64,000 bases of DNA, taken from assembly GCF_009914755.1 (NCBI RefSeq), contig NC_060925.1; one strand, written 5' to 3'. A program made the translations under genes and the position numbers. Source of the DNA: the human T2T-CHM13v2.0 reference genome, Homo sapiens. Below, one piece after another: positions 16,361 to 30,795 of this stretch; position 1 is the stretch's first letter, and each line of letters starts with the position of its first letter. The notes beneath the pieces were generated by a model. The model ran no database searches. It worked only from the letters and a program-made list of their open reading frames with translations, and was not told the DNA's origin.

Positions 16361-18149
16361 TTTTTATTTTATGTAACTATCAAAGGAAGAAAATTGTCCA
16401 AGTAATTTGTATGGTTTATCACATGTGAAGAAAACCTCACACATTTATATAATTATTAGTATTTTTAATCATAGTGCTTTATAGGTTAAAATCTTGCATT
16501 GATAAGTGAATTCTGCATAGTGCGCCTTTGAGAAAAAAGAAAAGCTGCTTCAGTATTTTTTAAAGGCAGACGTGGTGAAGATTGTTTAAAGGAAATCAAT
16601 CTAAATAAAATGTTACCTACTCAAGATTACACGAGACTGAAATCATTATTATCAGAAGATAATTAAAGATTTGCAATTCTCACTCTTTATTTTAATTACT
16701 CCCTTTAAGCACTGCAATAGTCAATTAAACTGACTTTGAAAAAGCCATTCAAGATGATCAGTTAACATACAAATGTTCTTTAATTGTTTCCTATTTGTTT
16801 TGCTTGCAGTATTCCCACAGCTAAAGCTAGATTGAAATATCTATTTTGTGAGATTAATGGTGTTTTTAACTTGATTCACTGAATAACCACACTAAGATTA
16901 CTAGAAAATGAGGCTATTGTGTTTTCATAGGTTGATGTTATTTTCTACTGGTTACTTCACAAACTACACATTCTATGACTAAGCTTCTTCTTTTTCATGG
17001 CAAAAAAATCCTAATATTTTAGGGTTTTCATGTAAATTTCTGGTTATATAATCCAAAATAGAGAAGAAACAAGAAAAAGTAACTTTCTTTCAATGTCTAT
17101 TACATGTCAAGTTTTATACTAATTTCTTTATATAAATTATTTATATGTGTAAATTTATTTAAACCTCAACATGAAAGGGCATTGTGAAATCAAGAGATTC
17201 AAATTTTGATAAAATCAATGCTGAAAAGCTATTTTGAAAGACCTTATTTTATTCCATGGCCTTAAATATTTTATGTTTGGATTGGAATTTTGAAATGGTA
17301 ACTATTTTATTTTAAAGAATAAACACTTATTGATAACCACCTTAGTAAATACCAAGAACTACCCATGGCCTGGTAATGCAAAGGTGGATGAAATATTTTT
17401 GAAGTTTTCAATGAAGTTGTGATCTCTCAATAAAGAATGTCTTGTTCTAAACAGATGTGTAAATCGTATTTTGGTGTCCATATGTGTTTGTGTGTTTGTG
17501 CATGATAGAGAGAGATTTACAATTCTATATACCCATCTGTACTCCACTCATACTTCTGAAAAAGCCAAAATTTAGTAAACATATGCTATGGAAGACATTC
17601 TGTATTTCACTACCTTTTCTCTCGTATAAAAGCTTCTTGTCCTTATCCTTAATTACATTAGGTCAAGACTTTGACATATAAAGTGGGTAGAGTGTTTCCT
17701 GTGTAATTATAGGAATAAAAAGCCAATTTTAGGATTGCTCATCAAATGGCAGTCAAGTAGTTTCCTACAGAGAATAGATCATTGTTTAGGTCATAGACAC
17801 CAGACAATTTAAATTCTGAGATGTGGTTAACATGAGACAGCACCATAATTTCTATAGTTGCTCTCATAGACCCGTGTTTGACGTTCTTTAACAGGTAATT
17901 TTACAGTCTTCTCGAACTGATTATTTCAGATGAGTTGCAAGGGTTTTTAGAGCATATAAGGAACGGCATGGGTAAAGGGCAATTGAAAAACTTGCTGGGA
18001 GAGTGGAATAAATATCTATAACTAATAGACCAAACTTTCTATATACTGTAGCACAAGAAAATAAGAAGACTCCCATAACTTCATGCTGCTTACCACAATC
18101 AATTCAGTCTCTGTAGAAGCCAGTTACCTCAGGGTTCTTATCTCCTGCC

Positions 18150-18690
18150 CATTAACTCTTAACGCTTCTCGTGAATTACTGCTTTTCCAAAATTGCCATA
18201 TTTGATTGAGCTGCCGACTAAAAGTGCCCTTGAAGAAGTTCTTCATTACCTCCAAGCCTACATATAATCTTGAGATGAATGACTTCAGAACTGCCTAGAA
18301 TGAATATATTTTAGCTACATATAAATTTTCTATACTAGAATCTCTGGACTATAACTTTAAATCATTAGCAATCTTTCTTTAAGAGATAATCCTTCTGTGA
18401 ATAAATGGGTATTTTTATAATACTCTGACTTCTGTTATCACCTACTCCAAGACTTTGTTTATGTTAGTACCCATTTTATTTTCTTTATTTCTTTCACCTT
18501 CTCCTTCTATACTGGATAATTCCCAGTGCTATAATAGCAGATTCAATTTTTCCCATAAAAGAAACTTCAATCTCAATTTTTTTAAAGTTTCTATTTTATA
18601 TCATTACTATATCTCAAAATAAAAACTTGTAGAAAAAAAATTGGCTTTACTGAAAATCTAGCCTTTCTCCCTCCTTTTTCTTCTCTATGG
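18150..18690. mobile_element. Probable L2 fragment
   Basis: Pyrimidine-rich, highly diverged L2-like text. Weak recognition only. Confidence 0.3.
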
Positions 18691-19939
18691 AGAGGCTCCA
18701 TCTCCATTCTTACCTAGTGAGCACCAAATGAAAACCTGTGTAAAGGACCTGATGAGTAGGCAAATCAGTGAACAGAAATAGAGGCTATGAAGTAGTAAAA
18801 GCAGAGTTTCTTACAAGCCCAGAATGACATCAAAAGCCCAAGCTCTGAGAAATTTTGGCCTCATTTTCAAAGGACCTAATAAAAATAATAGTATTTTCAC
18901 TCTCTTTCACAATATCAGTTTTTAACTGGGATTTAAGTAATGTGGGGCTGAAATATACATTAAAAAACAGTCCCTAATTGGTAATACATTTTATATTTTG
19001 GAAATAAATATTTTCATGTCTCAATTTTTTTCCTGTGCTTTACAATTTTGACACAATGGAAAATTTCCTGGCCTTTCAAAGCCTGCTGCAAATATTAAAG
19101 TTACTTTGCCAAATAACAACTGAGCAGGAAAGGCATGTTACTGCCCAATGTAATCACCCTTCTTTTCAGTAGCATCAAAACATTTGGAGTGCCAGTTGAA
19201 AAAAATGATTTAGCAATTATGAAGTGAGTGTTGGATCCATGCTGTACCATTTTGAGTAGTACCAGCTCTCTAAAATTGCACCATGTCAGAAAATAGCATT
19301 ATAATACTGTGGGTGAGCAAGAATATTCTGCATTCTCTAACACCTGGGCATAATGGGGAGCAGACTTAATGACCTCCCACTATGCTCACTTACCTGGTGG
19401 AAGGTATTCCTAACCACTTCTAGTGTTCTTTCTGTGTATTTTCTAGTAAATGTCTAAACTGAAGTAAAGTTTTCTGTCTAATTTGTCATGATTTTCTTAC
19501 TTCATTCTAAGTAAGTCACCATGATTTTCACCACTCCATATAATTATTATTTCAGAGACATTTTCAAATAGGAACCATTATGTACATCTCCTTCAAAAGG
19601 TCAGCTTAACTTATAGAATTAGTCAACTGAGGGTCAGGCTCTAGAATAGCTGTAATTAACAAGCTTTTCTTAGCCTTTGTCCAGAGGGCAGAAACAAGGA
19701 CTTATCTACCACTATTTTGATTCCAGAAAGGCTCTTAGGTCACATTTATTGCTGTGTTTATTTGAAACTAGTATGCCACTTCTGGGTCTTACTGACCTAT
19801 TATATACTTGTCCTATATTTCCAGAAGTAAATAGAAAAGCAGAAGGCAAAAGCTTATTGTAAGAAAATTGTGTGAGGAGATAGGGATGTATTGTTGCTGA
19901 ATTAATAATTATACTAAACAATATATATTTGTGTACTGA

Positions 19940-20150
19940 TGTATATTTTTAGTTATTTAAAAATATCTTATTTCTCATGAAAACCCTTTACAGATAGGGT
20001 ATTATTATCATAACATAATGAATATAAACACTGAGGTTCACAGAGGTTCAAGGAATTGTCCTGGGCCATCTAGTTCATAAGCCAGGTCAAAGGAAATAGA
20101 ATCAAACCCCTTTATTACAGATCCATTATTAGTGTTCTACAATACTATAC
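19940..20150 (-). mobile_element. MIR
   Basis: MIR core ACACTGAGGTTCACAGAGGTTCAAGGAATTGTCC. Confidence 0.7.
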
Positions 20151-20287
20151 AAATAGAATCTAGGTGAAAGACAAACAAGTCTCCTCTTCAATGTTGTCAA
20201 ATTTACAATGGAGACTAATCTCAATAATTAGAATATAGGTCAAAATATATTTTTCCTTATCCAAGGAATTATTATATATTTTGATCA

Positions 20288-20395
20288 GACTGGTAAATAC
20301 ATGGATATATACATTTGTGAAAACTCATTAAACTTTACATTTGAAGTAGATGTTTTATTATTGCATACAAATTATACTTCAATAAAGTCGATTAC
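20288..20395 (+). mobile_element. L1M 3' terminal fragment
   Basis: ATACATTTGTGAAAACTCATTAAACTTTACA...AAATTATACTTCAATAAAG. Confidence 0.7.
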
Positions 20396-23300
20396 ATATG
20401 TTACTTCTAAAAAGTGGTCATATATATGAAAACTTTAATAGTCTACATTATTAGCTTAGGTAATAAATAGTTGATATACATGCATAATTACTGGCAAATA
20501 ATTTAAGCAACCAATTTTACACTTTTATACATGGTTATTGAATGAAATAATTATGCTTTTCAAATTGGTCAATTATTATTATTTTTGATGTGATGGTTGG
20601 GTTTTTATTATTTATGCTCATAAGTTCTCTGATAATAGTTTTTAAAACACAAATTACATGAAAAATTCTGAAAGCATAATTTGCCTTTAGAACTCTATAT
20701 GTAAAATGTAGCTGATATTTATGAGAAGCAAAGATTTAAATTATCTGCAGATGATTTAACAAATAATTTAGTGTTTTCAGAACACGACTACCATTACATG
20801 CATATTTGCTTGTACGATAATATTGTTTATCCAAGCAACTTGACAATTAAGAAAAACAACTTTGGCGTAACTAGAAAAAACATTTTTAAAATAATAATTG
20901 TTCTGATAATAATAAAGTATGTATTTCTAAAGCTGCCAAATATCTGCCTGTTTAGCAAGGAATGACTAAAAGAGAAATTCAAATTGACCTGATGGTTATA
21001 AGAAATTTGGGTTTTGCTAGGGAGATGCCTACATTTTTATCTTTAAAAAATAACTATTTGTCTTAAATTTACCTTATGGTATTATTATATGTTTTATTTA
21101 CTGTGGCTAGCAAAATAAACGGTGATTAGAAAGGATGTTGTTTATTTAATGCAAGTATTAAGAAGAGGCTTTCTCTATAACTTGTAGGCACATTTGGGAT
21201 TTTTGCCCCAGTTTTAAAGAATGACAGCAAAAGCATCTTTATCTGACATTTAGACTGATTAAATTTTGAAAAGTCACTTGGCATATTCAGCAGGACTCCA
21301 CAGGGTACTCCAGCTTTATAAGGCAATGGATCATGTTAGCTTAACTTATATTTAAGATTTGCTGGCCTGATATTATTGTGTTAGGCAATATTGCTGAAAA
21401 GGAAACATAAAATTTTGCTGTCATGAGATCAAGTCTCTGCCTGCCCTGCACTATAAATTAGTTCCATAAAGTTTTAAAATGCAACGTTTATTCTGGCTCA
21501 AGTGGTATTGTGAAGCACTAAACAGCTTAAATACATAAAATTAAGCCTACTTTGTGTGAAAACAAATTTTTTAATTCACTTATCCTTGGAATGCAGGAAT
21601 AAAAGTTACTTAACCACCAAAAACATTTATATAAAGCTAAAAGAGAGAAGTCAGTTGTGTTTGAGAGTTCATTTTTAAAAGCACCATGTCCTTTTGGCCA
21701 TAATGCACAATTTTTATGAGCCCACATGTATATTGGCTATTATTGCAGCTTAAGAAGAAATGTACTGAGACATGCAAAGGAGGATAGTATAATAATAAAA
21801 TGTTCATAAACATGTGTAACATCTATGACACCCCTATTTTGAAAACAGTTTTGTTCTAAGGAAAATATTAAATAAAATGAAATGCATCTAACTCAATTTT
21901 GAAAACATAAAATTGATCTATTATAATTTAATTAAATTATTTGAAGGGAAAATCTGCAGAAATAAAATATAACAAAAATTTGATTATCATTGGAAAACAT
22001 CTTTAAAAATATAGATGAGATGAAGTATCATTTTGCTAATGAAGACAAAAGTAGATTAAACAATATGTATTTCATTTGGTTTCCCCATCCACTCAAGATA
22101 AAAGAAGGTAACCAAACTATTTATCATTAGAAAAAGCAATGCAAAAAACTATTAAGTGTTGATCATCACCTTCTAACTAGCTAGAAAATGATCTTATTAA
22201 CTACATATAGAATAATACTGAACTGACAAAATGTATCCATACTTACAACTATTCAATAATTTTCTTAACAGTTATGTATAATTCTACTGAAGACTTCTTT
22301 TTGTTTTTATTCTATATTTTCAAGCATATATTTCATTTTCTTGCCAATATAGGACAAATGACAATTATTCTATAAAAAAGTGACTGTAGCCACTTCTAAG
22401 CTCTTATGTCAGGAATAATTTATGTGAGTAAAATGATCTTTTTAATTGTATTTGTTGTAAAAGACTCATCCACTGTGTAATGCAAAATAGAACAAGGTAT
22501 AGATAATTTCAAGATGGCAATGCAACAAATGTTATAGAATATCGAGTTTAATTGTTCCCAACATTTATTTGAAATAATTAATTTAGTATACCAGACAGAT
22601 GAAATTTCCTGTATTTTATAATAAATACTTTGGCAAAGAAATTTGGTATTATTTATTTGGCAATTCCATAAATTTATGAACAAAAAGCATTGTAAAGGAT
22701 AAGTTAATAGCTATTAATATTTCTTCATGGATTTCAAATATCATAAGTCAAATGCAAGATAATTTTCTGCAGATAATCATATGTTTATCCTACTTTTTCT
22801 CCCATGGTTTAAATTTTAATATGCAAATTTGATATGTTTTTAAGTATAAGTTATTCAAATGTTTTGTGATGTTGACTTGATTTTAAATTTTCAAGAAAAA
22901 TTAGAAAATATTCTAACATGGGTCAACCAACTAAAATGGAAAAATATTCAATCCATTAATTAAGGGAAATACAAAAATATTGGCTAATTCCATATTTTTA
23001 TTAGAATATCAATTAAGCATAATTAACTACTTATACTGCAAATTTTCTTGCAATTATATTTATTAGCCAATATTTGGATTGAGTACATTTAAATATGGGT
23101 AAGAAATTCAACCCATACTATTTAACCCATAATCTAATATACGGTTTGAAAATTATTCAAGGTTGTTTATTATTCTAAATATTTACTTCTGAAATTTATC
23201 ACTAATGTAGAATAATCACATTCAATGTTAGTGTTTTGATGAAACAGTTCTTCCATGTACTTTTGCATAAAGTAAATGAATTTCAACATTAATCTTTCTA

Positions 23301-24764
23301 TATTTAATTTAAACTTTATTAGTGTATTCTATAGTTAGGTACACAGTGAGTGTAAACAAGGCAATTTTTATACTTATGATAAATTACAATGATGTTCATG
23401 GCTTCTTAAAGTGTTTGCAATTTTATTTAGAGTTTCATAATAGGATGCTTTAAATGTGTCTACAAAAATGGTTTTCTGTCATCCCCATATAACACCTACT
23501 ATATGGGCAATTCAGAAGAATATGTGTGCTTGTGATTTTGTGTGTCTGTGTGTACACCATTTGTAAATAAAGCAAAATGATAATTGTATTCTTTTTCCAG
23601 TGTCATAAAACGACACTGTTTAACAGACTCACTATTATTAATTATGTAAGAAAACATACTTGTGTTCATCTTTTCTATGTACTATGCGATTAGCACTCAG
23701 ACACTATGGAGTCACATGCTAACTTGTGGATTTCTGTCTAGTAGAAAACATAATTTCAATGTTATGGTTTTAATACTCTGTAAGAAATTAACTTGTTTTA
23801 TTAACATATTTAACTTAGAATTCCTTTTACTGAGTAATTATATATATTTACATTTCTCAAATTATTTTTTGAGCTAGCTGTAGGGTCTTATTGGTTCCTC
23901 AATTAAAGAATTTTTTGAACAAATATCTTTGACATATATTTATTATTTATTTGTATGAGGGTAATGCTCTTAAATTTTGAAAATAGTATTTGATAAATGC
24001 TGCATAGAGTGATTCGCTCATTTTGATAAATAGGAAATCTGTGTCTGGCAACTTTTATTTTAATACCAATCTTTACTAGATAATGACACAAGGCTGAGTT
24101 TGATGGGGTTTTTTTTAGATTCCTTCTGGAGGTTGATTTTATTATTACCACGGTGCTCACTTAAGTTGAACAAAATCAAAATTTTCATTGCCCAAAGATA
24201 TTTATGCTGAGTGATCTACTTAGCCAATTTTCTTTAGCAAACTAATACCAAATAGTAGTTGTAACTACCTCTTGTATCTGAAATTCAGAAGTATTAAAAG
24301 TACATTTCAGATCCAGTCTTTAGCTTTTGGGAGCAGTGGTTTCATAAGTGGTTAAAGCTAACTGTTTCTTAATGTTACAGTTAATGCTTCAAAAATATCA
24401 ACCAGAATAATAGATGTTATACATTTCTAAGTTTCATGCATCCATGCCCCTTGTTAGAATAAGAATATCTATAGAGATTACACTCGGGATCAGTGCCTGC
24501 CTATTGTGGACTCTTAAACCCTCAGGATAGAAAAAGTCAAGCCCACTGTGAAGAAGTGATCACTATAGTGTGGTCTGTGAAATAATAATGTAATAAGTGT
24601 AAGTTTCATTGGAATAATCATGAACTTAATGTCAGAATACATGAAATTAAACTTTGTCTAGTACCCCACAGGTTAAAGTCTCAGTCCTTTGATTTATTTT
24701 CTATTTGATGTAGGCAATTTATAAACTAGGTTTTCATCTATTTACTCAGGTCTGCTTTTATTGG

Positions 24765-24990
24765 GAGGCAGTTGTAGTGTAATGGAATAAAAAACTCTGC
24801 ATTATATTTAAGTGACATTTTTATTTTGAACACTTCCAATGTGTGTATTATTTAACTTAAATGAGATGCACTTTTGTTTCTTCTACTGTAAATAAAGGAT
24901 AACAATAAAATCAACATCAGATGAAGACCCTCTAATTAGTAAAATGTTTAGAAAATAACACGTGTGAAATATTAGCATTAGTTTTCTTTT
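24765..24990 (+). mobile_element. MIR (diverged)
   Basis: GGCAGTTGTAGTGTAATGGAA start and core-like TTTCTTCTACTGTAAATAAAGGATAA. Confidence 0.5.
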
Positions 24991-26744
24991 TAAAAGAAAT
25001 AAGATAGTAAGACATTTGCTTTGTGAATGTTATTGAACACTTCACAGAGTATTAAATTTTATTTTATCCCTCCAACAATTCTATGAAGTGGGGGAAGGGT
25101 ATGAGGTCAGTTTATACTTTTCTCCCTAACTACAACTGCCATTCCTAATTCTAATGCATCCTTAAATGTTCACAAATCCTAACAAATTTTTATAATCACA
25201 AAGATCCCTTTGTAAATCACAAATGATGTGAATTTCCTTTAGCACTTTAATGTGTTTGATCCCCTATAAAGCCCTTCACTTATGTTTTAGAATTCTACTT
25301 TTGAAATATGTTTAGAAAGCCAAGAATTATACTAGATCTTTGCAGCTTCAAGGCAGGTATGTATATAGGCTATCAAAAGCTTAAAAGAGCTTATTTATCT
25401 TTCTGGAAACAATCTTTTCAAAACCTTTAATTTTGTTGTTACATGTATGAGAGATGGAATAGAAAAGAATTTGGCATATTTTAGAGAAAATGATATTCCC
25501 ATAGAAGATTGGCTACCTAAATGTGATAATTCATTAATCTAAATGTGATTATGTTGTATAGGCCAGTACTCTCCTCCCGCTGATGTATTCCCTATCCTAG
25601 TAGCTTATTTGCATATTAAACCTCAAGATGTCAGCCATATCTGCATATCTCCTGACAAAGCATTCTCAGACTTCTGGAGTGTGTGTTTTCCATGATTATA
25701 TTAAAACATGTATCTCCGTGGGAATACAAAATATTAAAAACTTTAATACATAATTATGATTCCATTTCAAATTCTCAAATGTGCTCCTTTGTTTGATAAT
25801 TTATATTTATGTACCAATAATCACGAATTTTTAAATTTTAAAAATTCCCATCATGTCTTTGGTCAAGCTTCAGAGTTATTTTGCATTATATCCATAGATA
25901 ATATTGTTTACTTGGGTCTCTGGTAATTATATATTGCTGAATGTTAATCAACAGGATATATTAGAATCTAAGTTATTCTATAAAGCTGTTGCATATGCTT
26001 TGCTCTGTCATTTATGAACTTTGATAGACAAAAATTGCCTCTACTTACGTATAATTTGCACCATTATCAGGATTGATTATGTCACTCATACTGTTAAAAT
26101 TGATAAGTGAGGTTTCTACCTTCCTCACATCATTTACAGTAAATATGATTAAAAATATGAATTATTTTAAGCCTTTCCTTCCAGATTTTGAAGTTTTAAA
26201 AAGTATCTATTTTTTTTAATTTAGATTGACTCAATAATGTAGATAGTATTTGGGGTTTATAGCACTGATTGGTTACATTTGTGACAGCTCTAGAAGTGAT
26301 GTTTTATTACACAAGCCCTGTGATCTCTAGCATATAGAAATGAGTCAGAAATAAAAATGCTCTGTTTCAAGTGATTTTTATCAAGGTAACAATTGCTACG
26401 TATACTATATTGAGAACTATGAATGTCACTAACATTCTTAGAAATGTTCTAATAATCTAACATGGATAAATAACTAAGAATTATGAATACGGATTCTAGG
26501 TATATAGGCAATACCAATTTTTTCAGGTTATTCTGTCTCTAAATTTACTTGGTAAAGATAAAAAGCAAAAATGTAATATGTATTTTAGGCATCTTCTTTG
26601 TGATATATGCAATGAAGAAATATACATTGATAAATATATCTTAATCAATAAATATATTGAAGAATGAAGAAATATATATTGCCCGAATGAGGAACTTATA
26701 TTTGGTTGAAAAATAACTTTCTTCTACCTTAAAATTATTAGGGA

Positions 26745-26935
26745 GTAATTCCATCACTTGTCAGTTATATGATCTTGGACAAGTCTCATGTTTTTCATCT
26801 GTGAAAATGGTATAATAATTTTACTTTCCTCATAGAGTTATATGTAGAAGATAATATTTTATAAAATATTTAAAGATTGTGTTTCACGCTAGAAGTATTT
26901 AGTTAATTTTATTTATAATGATAGCTATCATTATT
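26745..26935 (+). mobile_element. MIR
   Basis: TGATCTTGGACAAGT...TTTTCATCTGTGAAAATGGTATAATAAT. Confidence 0.7.
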
Positions 26936-27049
26936 ATTTTTGGATAACAATATTTCTAAATGAAGTATAACCTTGTATTTTCATGTTTTAAAAACCATAA
27001 TTTTCACATACATTATTTTTCGGTGTGCAGTATCAGTAGAGTTTTGATT

Positions 27050-27207
27050 GACAGGTAAACCTTTTCCAGATTTTACAAATAAGGAAATCAAGACTAAACT
27101 TATGTTAAAATATTGTTTAATGCCCAGTCATCTGATAGAGTTATACGTAAGGAACAAGGACTCAAATCTAGATCTGATTCCAAATCCAAACTTCTTCCTA
27201 TTGTACC
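27050..27207 (-). mobile_element. MIR
   Basis: ATTTTACAAATAAGGAAATCAAGACT...GGACTCAAATCTAGATCTGATTCCAAATCC. Confidence 0.65.
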
Positions 27208-28080
27208 AAAATTAGGGAATGAAACACTTTTAAGTCAGAAAAGGCAATATGTACCTCACCATTTCTCCTAAAATAGTACCTTTATTCACCATCAATTCTA
27301 GAAAGCATCTGCTAATTTTAAAACTTCATTAAATCTGAGTCAATAGGCATGTGAGTGGATACTTCAAAAAAAATAGAAATATTTAGACAAACTGAAATAA
27401 TTAAAGCAGTAAATCTAAGCTATAAACTAATTAATCTACAAAATACATTAAATGACATCAGAGGGGCAAGTGGATATCAGAACTCCAAGGAAGTTAGATC
27501 TCTTCTAGAAATTATTTGAATATCTGATCTTACTAGAAAAACTTTATTCTAGGTGGAAAGCAATCTTGTTACTGTCAGCACTACTATCGGTCAGTCTTCA
27601 TCAAGTTTTTAGTGTGCACTCATAAGAAATTCATAGAGAAGGGGATGGTCATAAGCCTTGATAAATTTGTTTCTTGAGACTGAGGAGTTCAGAAACTAAT
27701 TTTTCACAATAGCAACTTTTGGAAAAATATTGCCTAAGCTCATTTTAAAATCCTTAGAATTTTATTCAGTTGTCTTGCTTTATCTGTAAGATTCTTTTTC
27801 TGTATGAAACCTCCTTTCCAAATTTTCCATATCCTAGGAGTTCCTGATTGTGAAGCTAGAATTGAAGGTTCGAGATACAAATTGCACAAGAAACTTTTAG
27901 AGTGACTTCTGTTCAACTTTTAAGAGTGTTCTCAATTTAGACAGAACTCTGGGCCCTCTCCAACCCAGACTATTTAAGCTAAAACTGTCATTCATTGAAT
28001 TAAGAGTCTAAATGACATAATTTCACCAAAGATAATTGAGAATTACAGTGTCCACTATAAGGGATGTTAAGGGTTTGAAC

Positions 28081-28382
28081 TTTTTTTTTTTTTTTTGAGA
28101 CGGAGTCTTACTCTGTTGCCCAGGCTGGAGTGGAGTGCAGTGGCGTGATTTCGGCTCACTGCAACCTCCGCCTCCCAGGTTCCTGCCATTCTCCTGCCTC
28201 AGCCTCCTGAGCAGCTGGGACTGCAGGCACCCGCCACAACGCCCGGCTAATTTTTTATATTTTTAGTAGAGATGGGGTTTCACCGTGTTAGCCAGGATGA
28301 TCTCGATCTCCTGACCTCGTGATCTGCCTGCCTCGGCCTCCCAAAGTGCTGGGATTACAGGCGTGAGCCACCGCGCCCGGCC
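28081..28382 (-). mobile_element. AluY
   Basis: Full Alu. TSD AAGGGTTTGAAC at 28069-28080 and 28383-28394. Confidence 0.95.
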
Positions 28383-28489
28383 AAGGGTTTGAACTCTAAA
28401 ACAAATAAACAAGAACAAAAAACCACACAACTCCTTAGAATGTAAGCTAAGTAAATTCTGAAACATTGAGAAGATTTTTTTTATTTATA

Positions 28490-28680
28490 AGAGAAAGCTA
28501 AACTTTTTTCCAAAATGTTTGTAGCATTTTATACTCCCACCAGCAATATACAAGGTTTCATCACCAAGACTTATGAATCACTACATTGTTTTAATTTATA
28601 AACAATCTCATAAGCGTGAAATGGTGTCTCATTGTGGTTTAATTTGCACTTTGCTAAAGAATATTTTGATTATTTTTAAT
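28490..28680 (-). mobile_element. L1M fragment
   Basis: TTTATACTCCCACCAGCAATAT and GTCTCATTGTGGTTTAATTTGCA. Confidence 0.7.
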
Positions 28681-28719
28681 TGTGTCTGTCTAATACATAG
28701 AAATATTTTACTCATTTAT

Positions 28720-29930
28720 TAGTTTGAGTAGCATCTTTATGTGCACTGAAATGTCAATAACTCTTGTATCTGCCGGATCATATGGCACAAGTGGTAGAGC
28801 AGCTTGCATGACTGCCTGGTTTTGTTGCAGGGCCTTCTTCTATTCTAGACCCCACATAAAACTAGCAGCTTTTGCATCACTCACCGAATGGACTAAATGG
28901 ACTACAGTAGCACATCCAAATGAGGAATACGTTTCATCTAAGGAAGCCCATTAGGGGTTGTCTACTGGGGGTTGTATCTCTATTTTGGTTGTAGAAAACA
29001 TCATATGTAACAACTTATCCTTCATATGCATGAGAAGTCTTGATATGTCCCACACCTCTGGCCCCAAAGAAGTTTCGCTGAGGTTGAAGTCTCCTAATTT
29101 TTTTGTCAGATTTGTGTTTCGCACTCTGTTATGCAAACGTGTTAGCAATAAATCAAGGATAGTTGCTACTGGCTGCTCACTATGTCCTATCAACGTAATC
29201 CTATTAAGATAATGAACTAACATGATGTCTTATGGAAGAGAAAGGTAATTGAGATCCCCATGAACTAAATCACGGGAAAGATCTGAATAGCTGATAAACT
29301 CCTGAAGTAGCAAAATACATGTATATTGCTGGCCTTACCAGCTAAAGAAAACTGTTCCTGGTGGTCTTTTTTAACAGGTATTGAGAAAAAAAATTATCTG
29401 CAAGATCAATAGCTGCACACTAAGTACCAAAGGATGTGTTAATTTGCTCAAGCAATAAAACCACATTTGAAGCAGTAGCTGGAATTGGAGTCATCCCCTG
29501 GTGAAGCTTAAAATAATTACTTGTCATTCGTCAAGGCCCATGTTAGATTTTTTCCCCTCACAGGCCAAATAGTTGAATCGAATGGGGTCATGCTGCGAAT
29601 CCTCACCCCAGTATTTTCAAGTTCTTGATGATTTACTCATCTCTGTATTTCCTTCAGGAATGTGGGATTGACTGTGGCTTACTATTTTCTTAGGTAGAGA
29701 CAGTTCTAATGGTTTCAGCTTGACCTTTCTTATTGTAGTAGCCTCAAATCCTTTAAACTCAGGGACCTATTCTGGATCCCAGTTTTTGAGTATGTCCTTA
29801 ATTAATTATGCTTTCCAGAACTGGGGAAATGACTGCAGAATGTATACAGGAACCTGATAGACCCATGGTGAGACAGTTCTGAACTAAAATTCCTTTGATC
29901 TCTCTGCATATATAAGCACATCTGGCACTT
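28720..29930 (-). pseudogene. Older ERV-L pro/RT remnant without LTRs
   Basis: ORF 28951-29223 (LVHYLNRITLIGHSEQPVATILDLL...KDKLLH) is homologous to the ERV-L RT segment at 35190-35375 ([25 protein letters not shown]). A 24-nt identity links 29433-29456 and 35527-35550. Confidence 0.85.
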
Positions 29931-30795
29931 CAACTTCATTTAGTATATTTCAACTTTTGGTTTAGGTTTTAGCCAAACAATCAAACAATTAGAGACCTTT
30001 CTAGTCCCTAGATCTACAACATTAAATTTATAATCTATGTTTAGTGTACCCATACAAAGACCATATCTACAAAAAGCCTTCATAGCAATATGAAGACTAG
30101 AGTTTTGCCAACAAACTCAGCACAAAGACTACCCAGGTCACCACATAAAGTTAAACATTAAAGACATTAGTAAAGTCATTGAAAATCAACAACCATAAAA
30201 GCATAAAACATATAGAAAATAAAAAAGACACTAACATATTTTAAGAAATACATGGTGCTCTCTTAGAGTGTACATTATATATTGAGTCATGTTGGAGTCC
30301 ATCAAATAGAGGAAGAAGAAAATTTTAAGTGAACTTTAAGACTTAAAGTTGGAAGTTTAATACTAAAAATATTAAAAAACAGTAGCAATACTTAAGTAGT
30401 TTAACGGCAAGTAAGAAAGTAAGAGAGAAGAGAATTGAGATATGAAAGTGAACATACGTTATTATCTGTTTATCCTGTATTGTTCTTTGACTTTTGTTAT
30501 CAATCTATCTCCTTAAAAATGGGAATACGTTTGTTCAAAGGCTAATGTAAAACAATCCTCTACAGAAAGAAGTTGAAGATTTGTTCTAAAGTCCTTAGTC
30601 TTCTCTATATATCATGTAAATCATATATGGGAGAGATTAAAGCTCAAATTCCTACTGTGGCAATTTTTTTAAAAGTTATGAACTTGTGAAAACCAAACAG
30701 GTTAGATGCTTCCAAAATTCAATGGGGGTACAGGCATAGCATAGAAAACCCCATTACCTCGTTTCAGAAAAGAGAAAGAAGTAAAGAGTGGCAGG

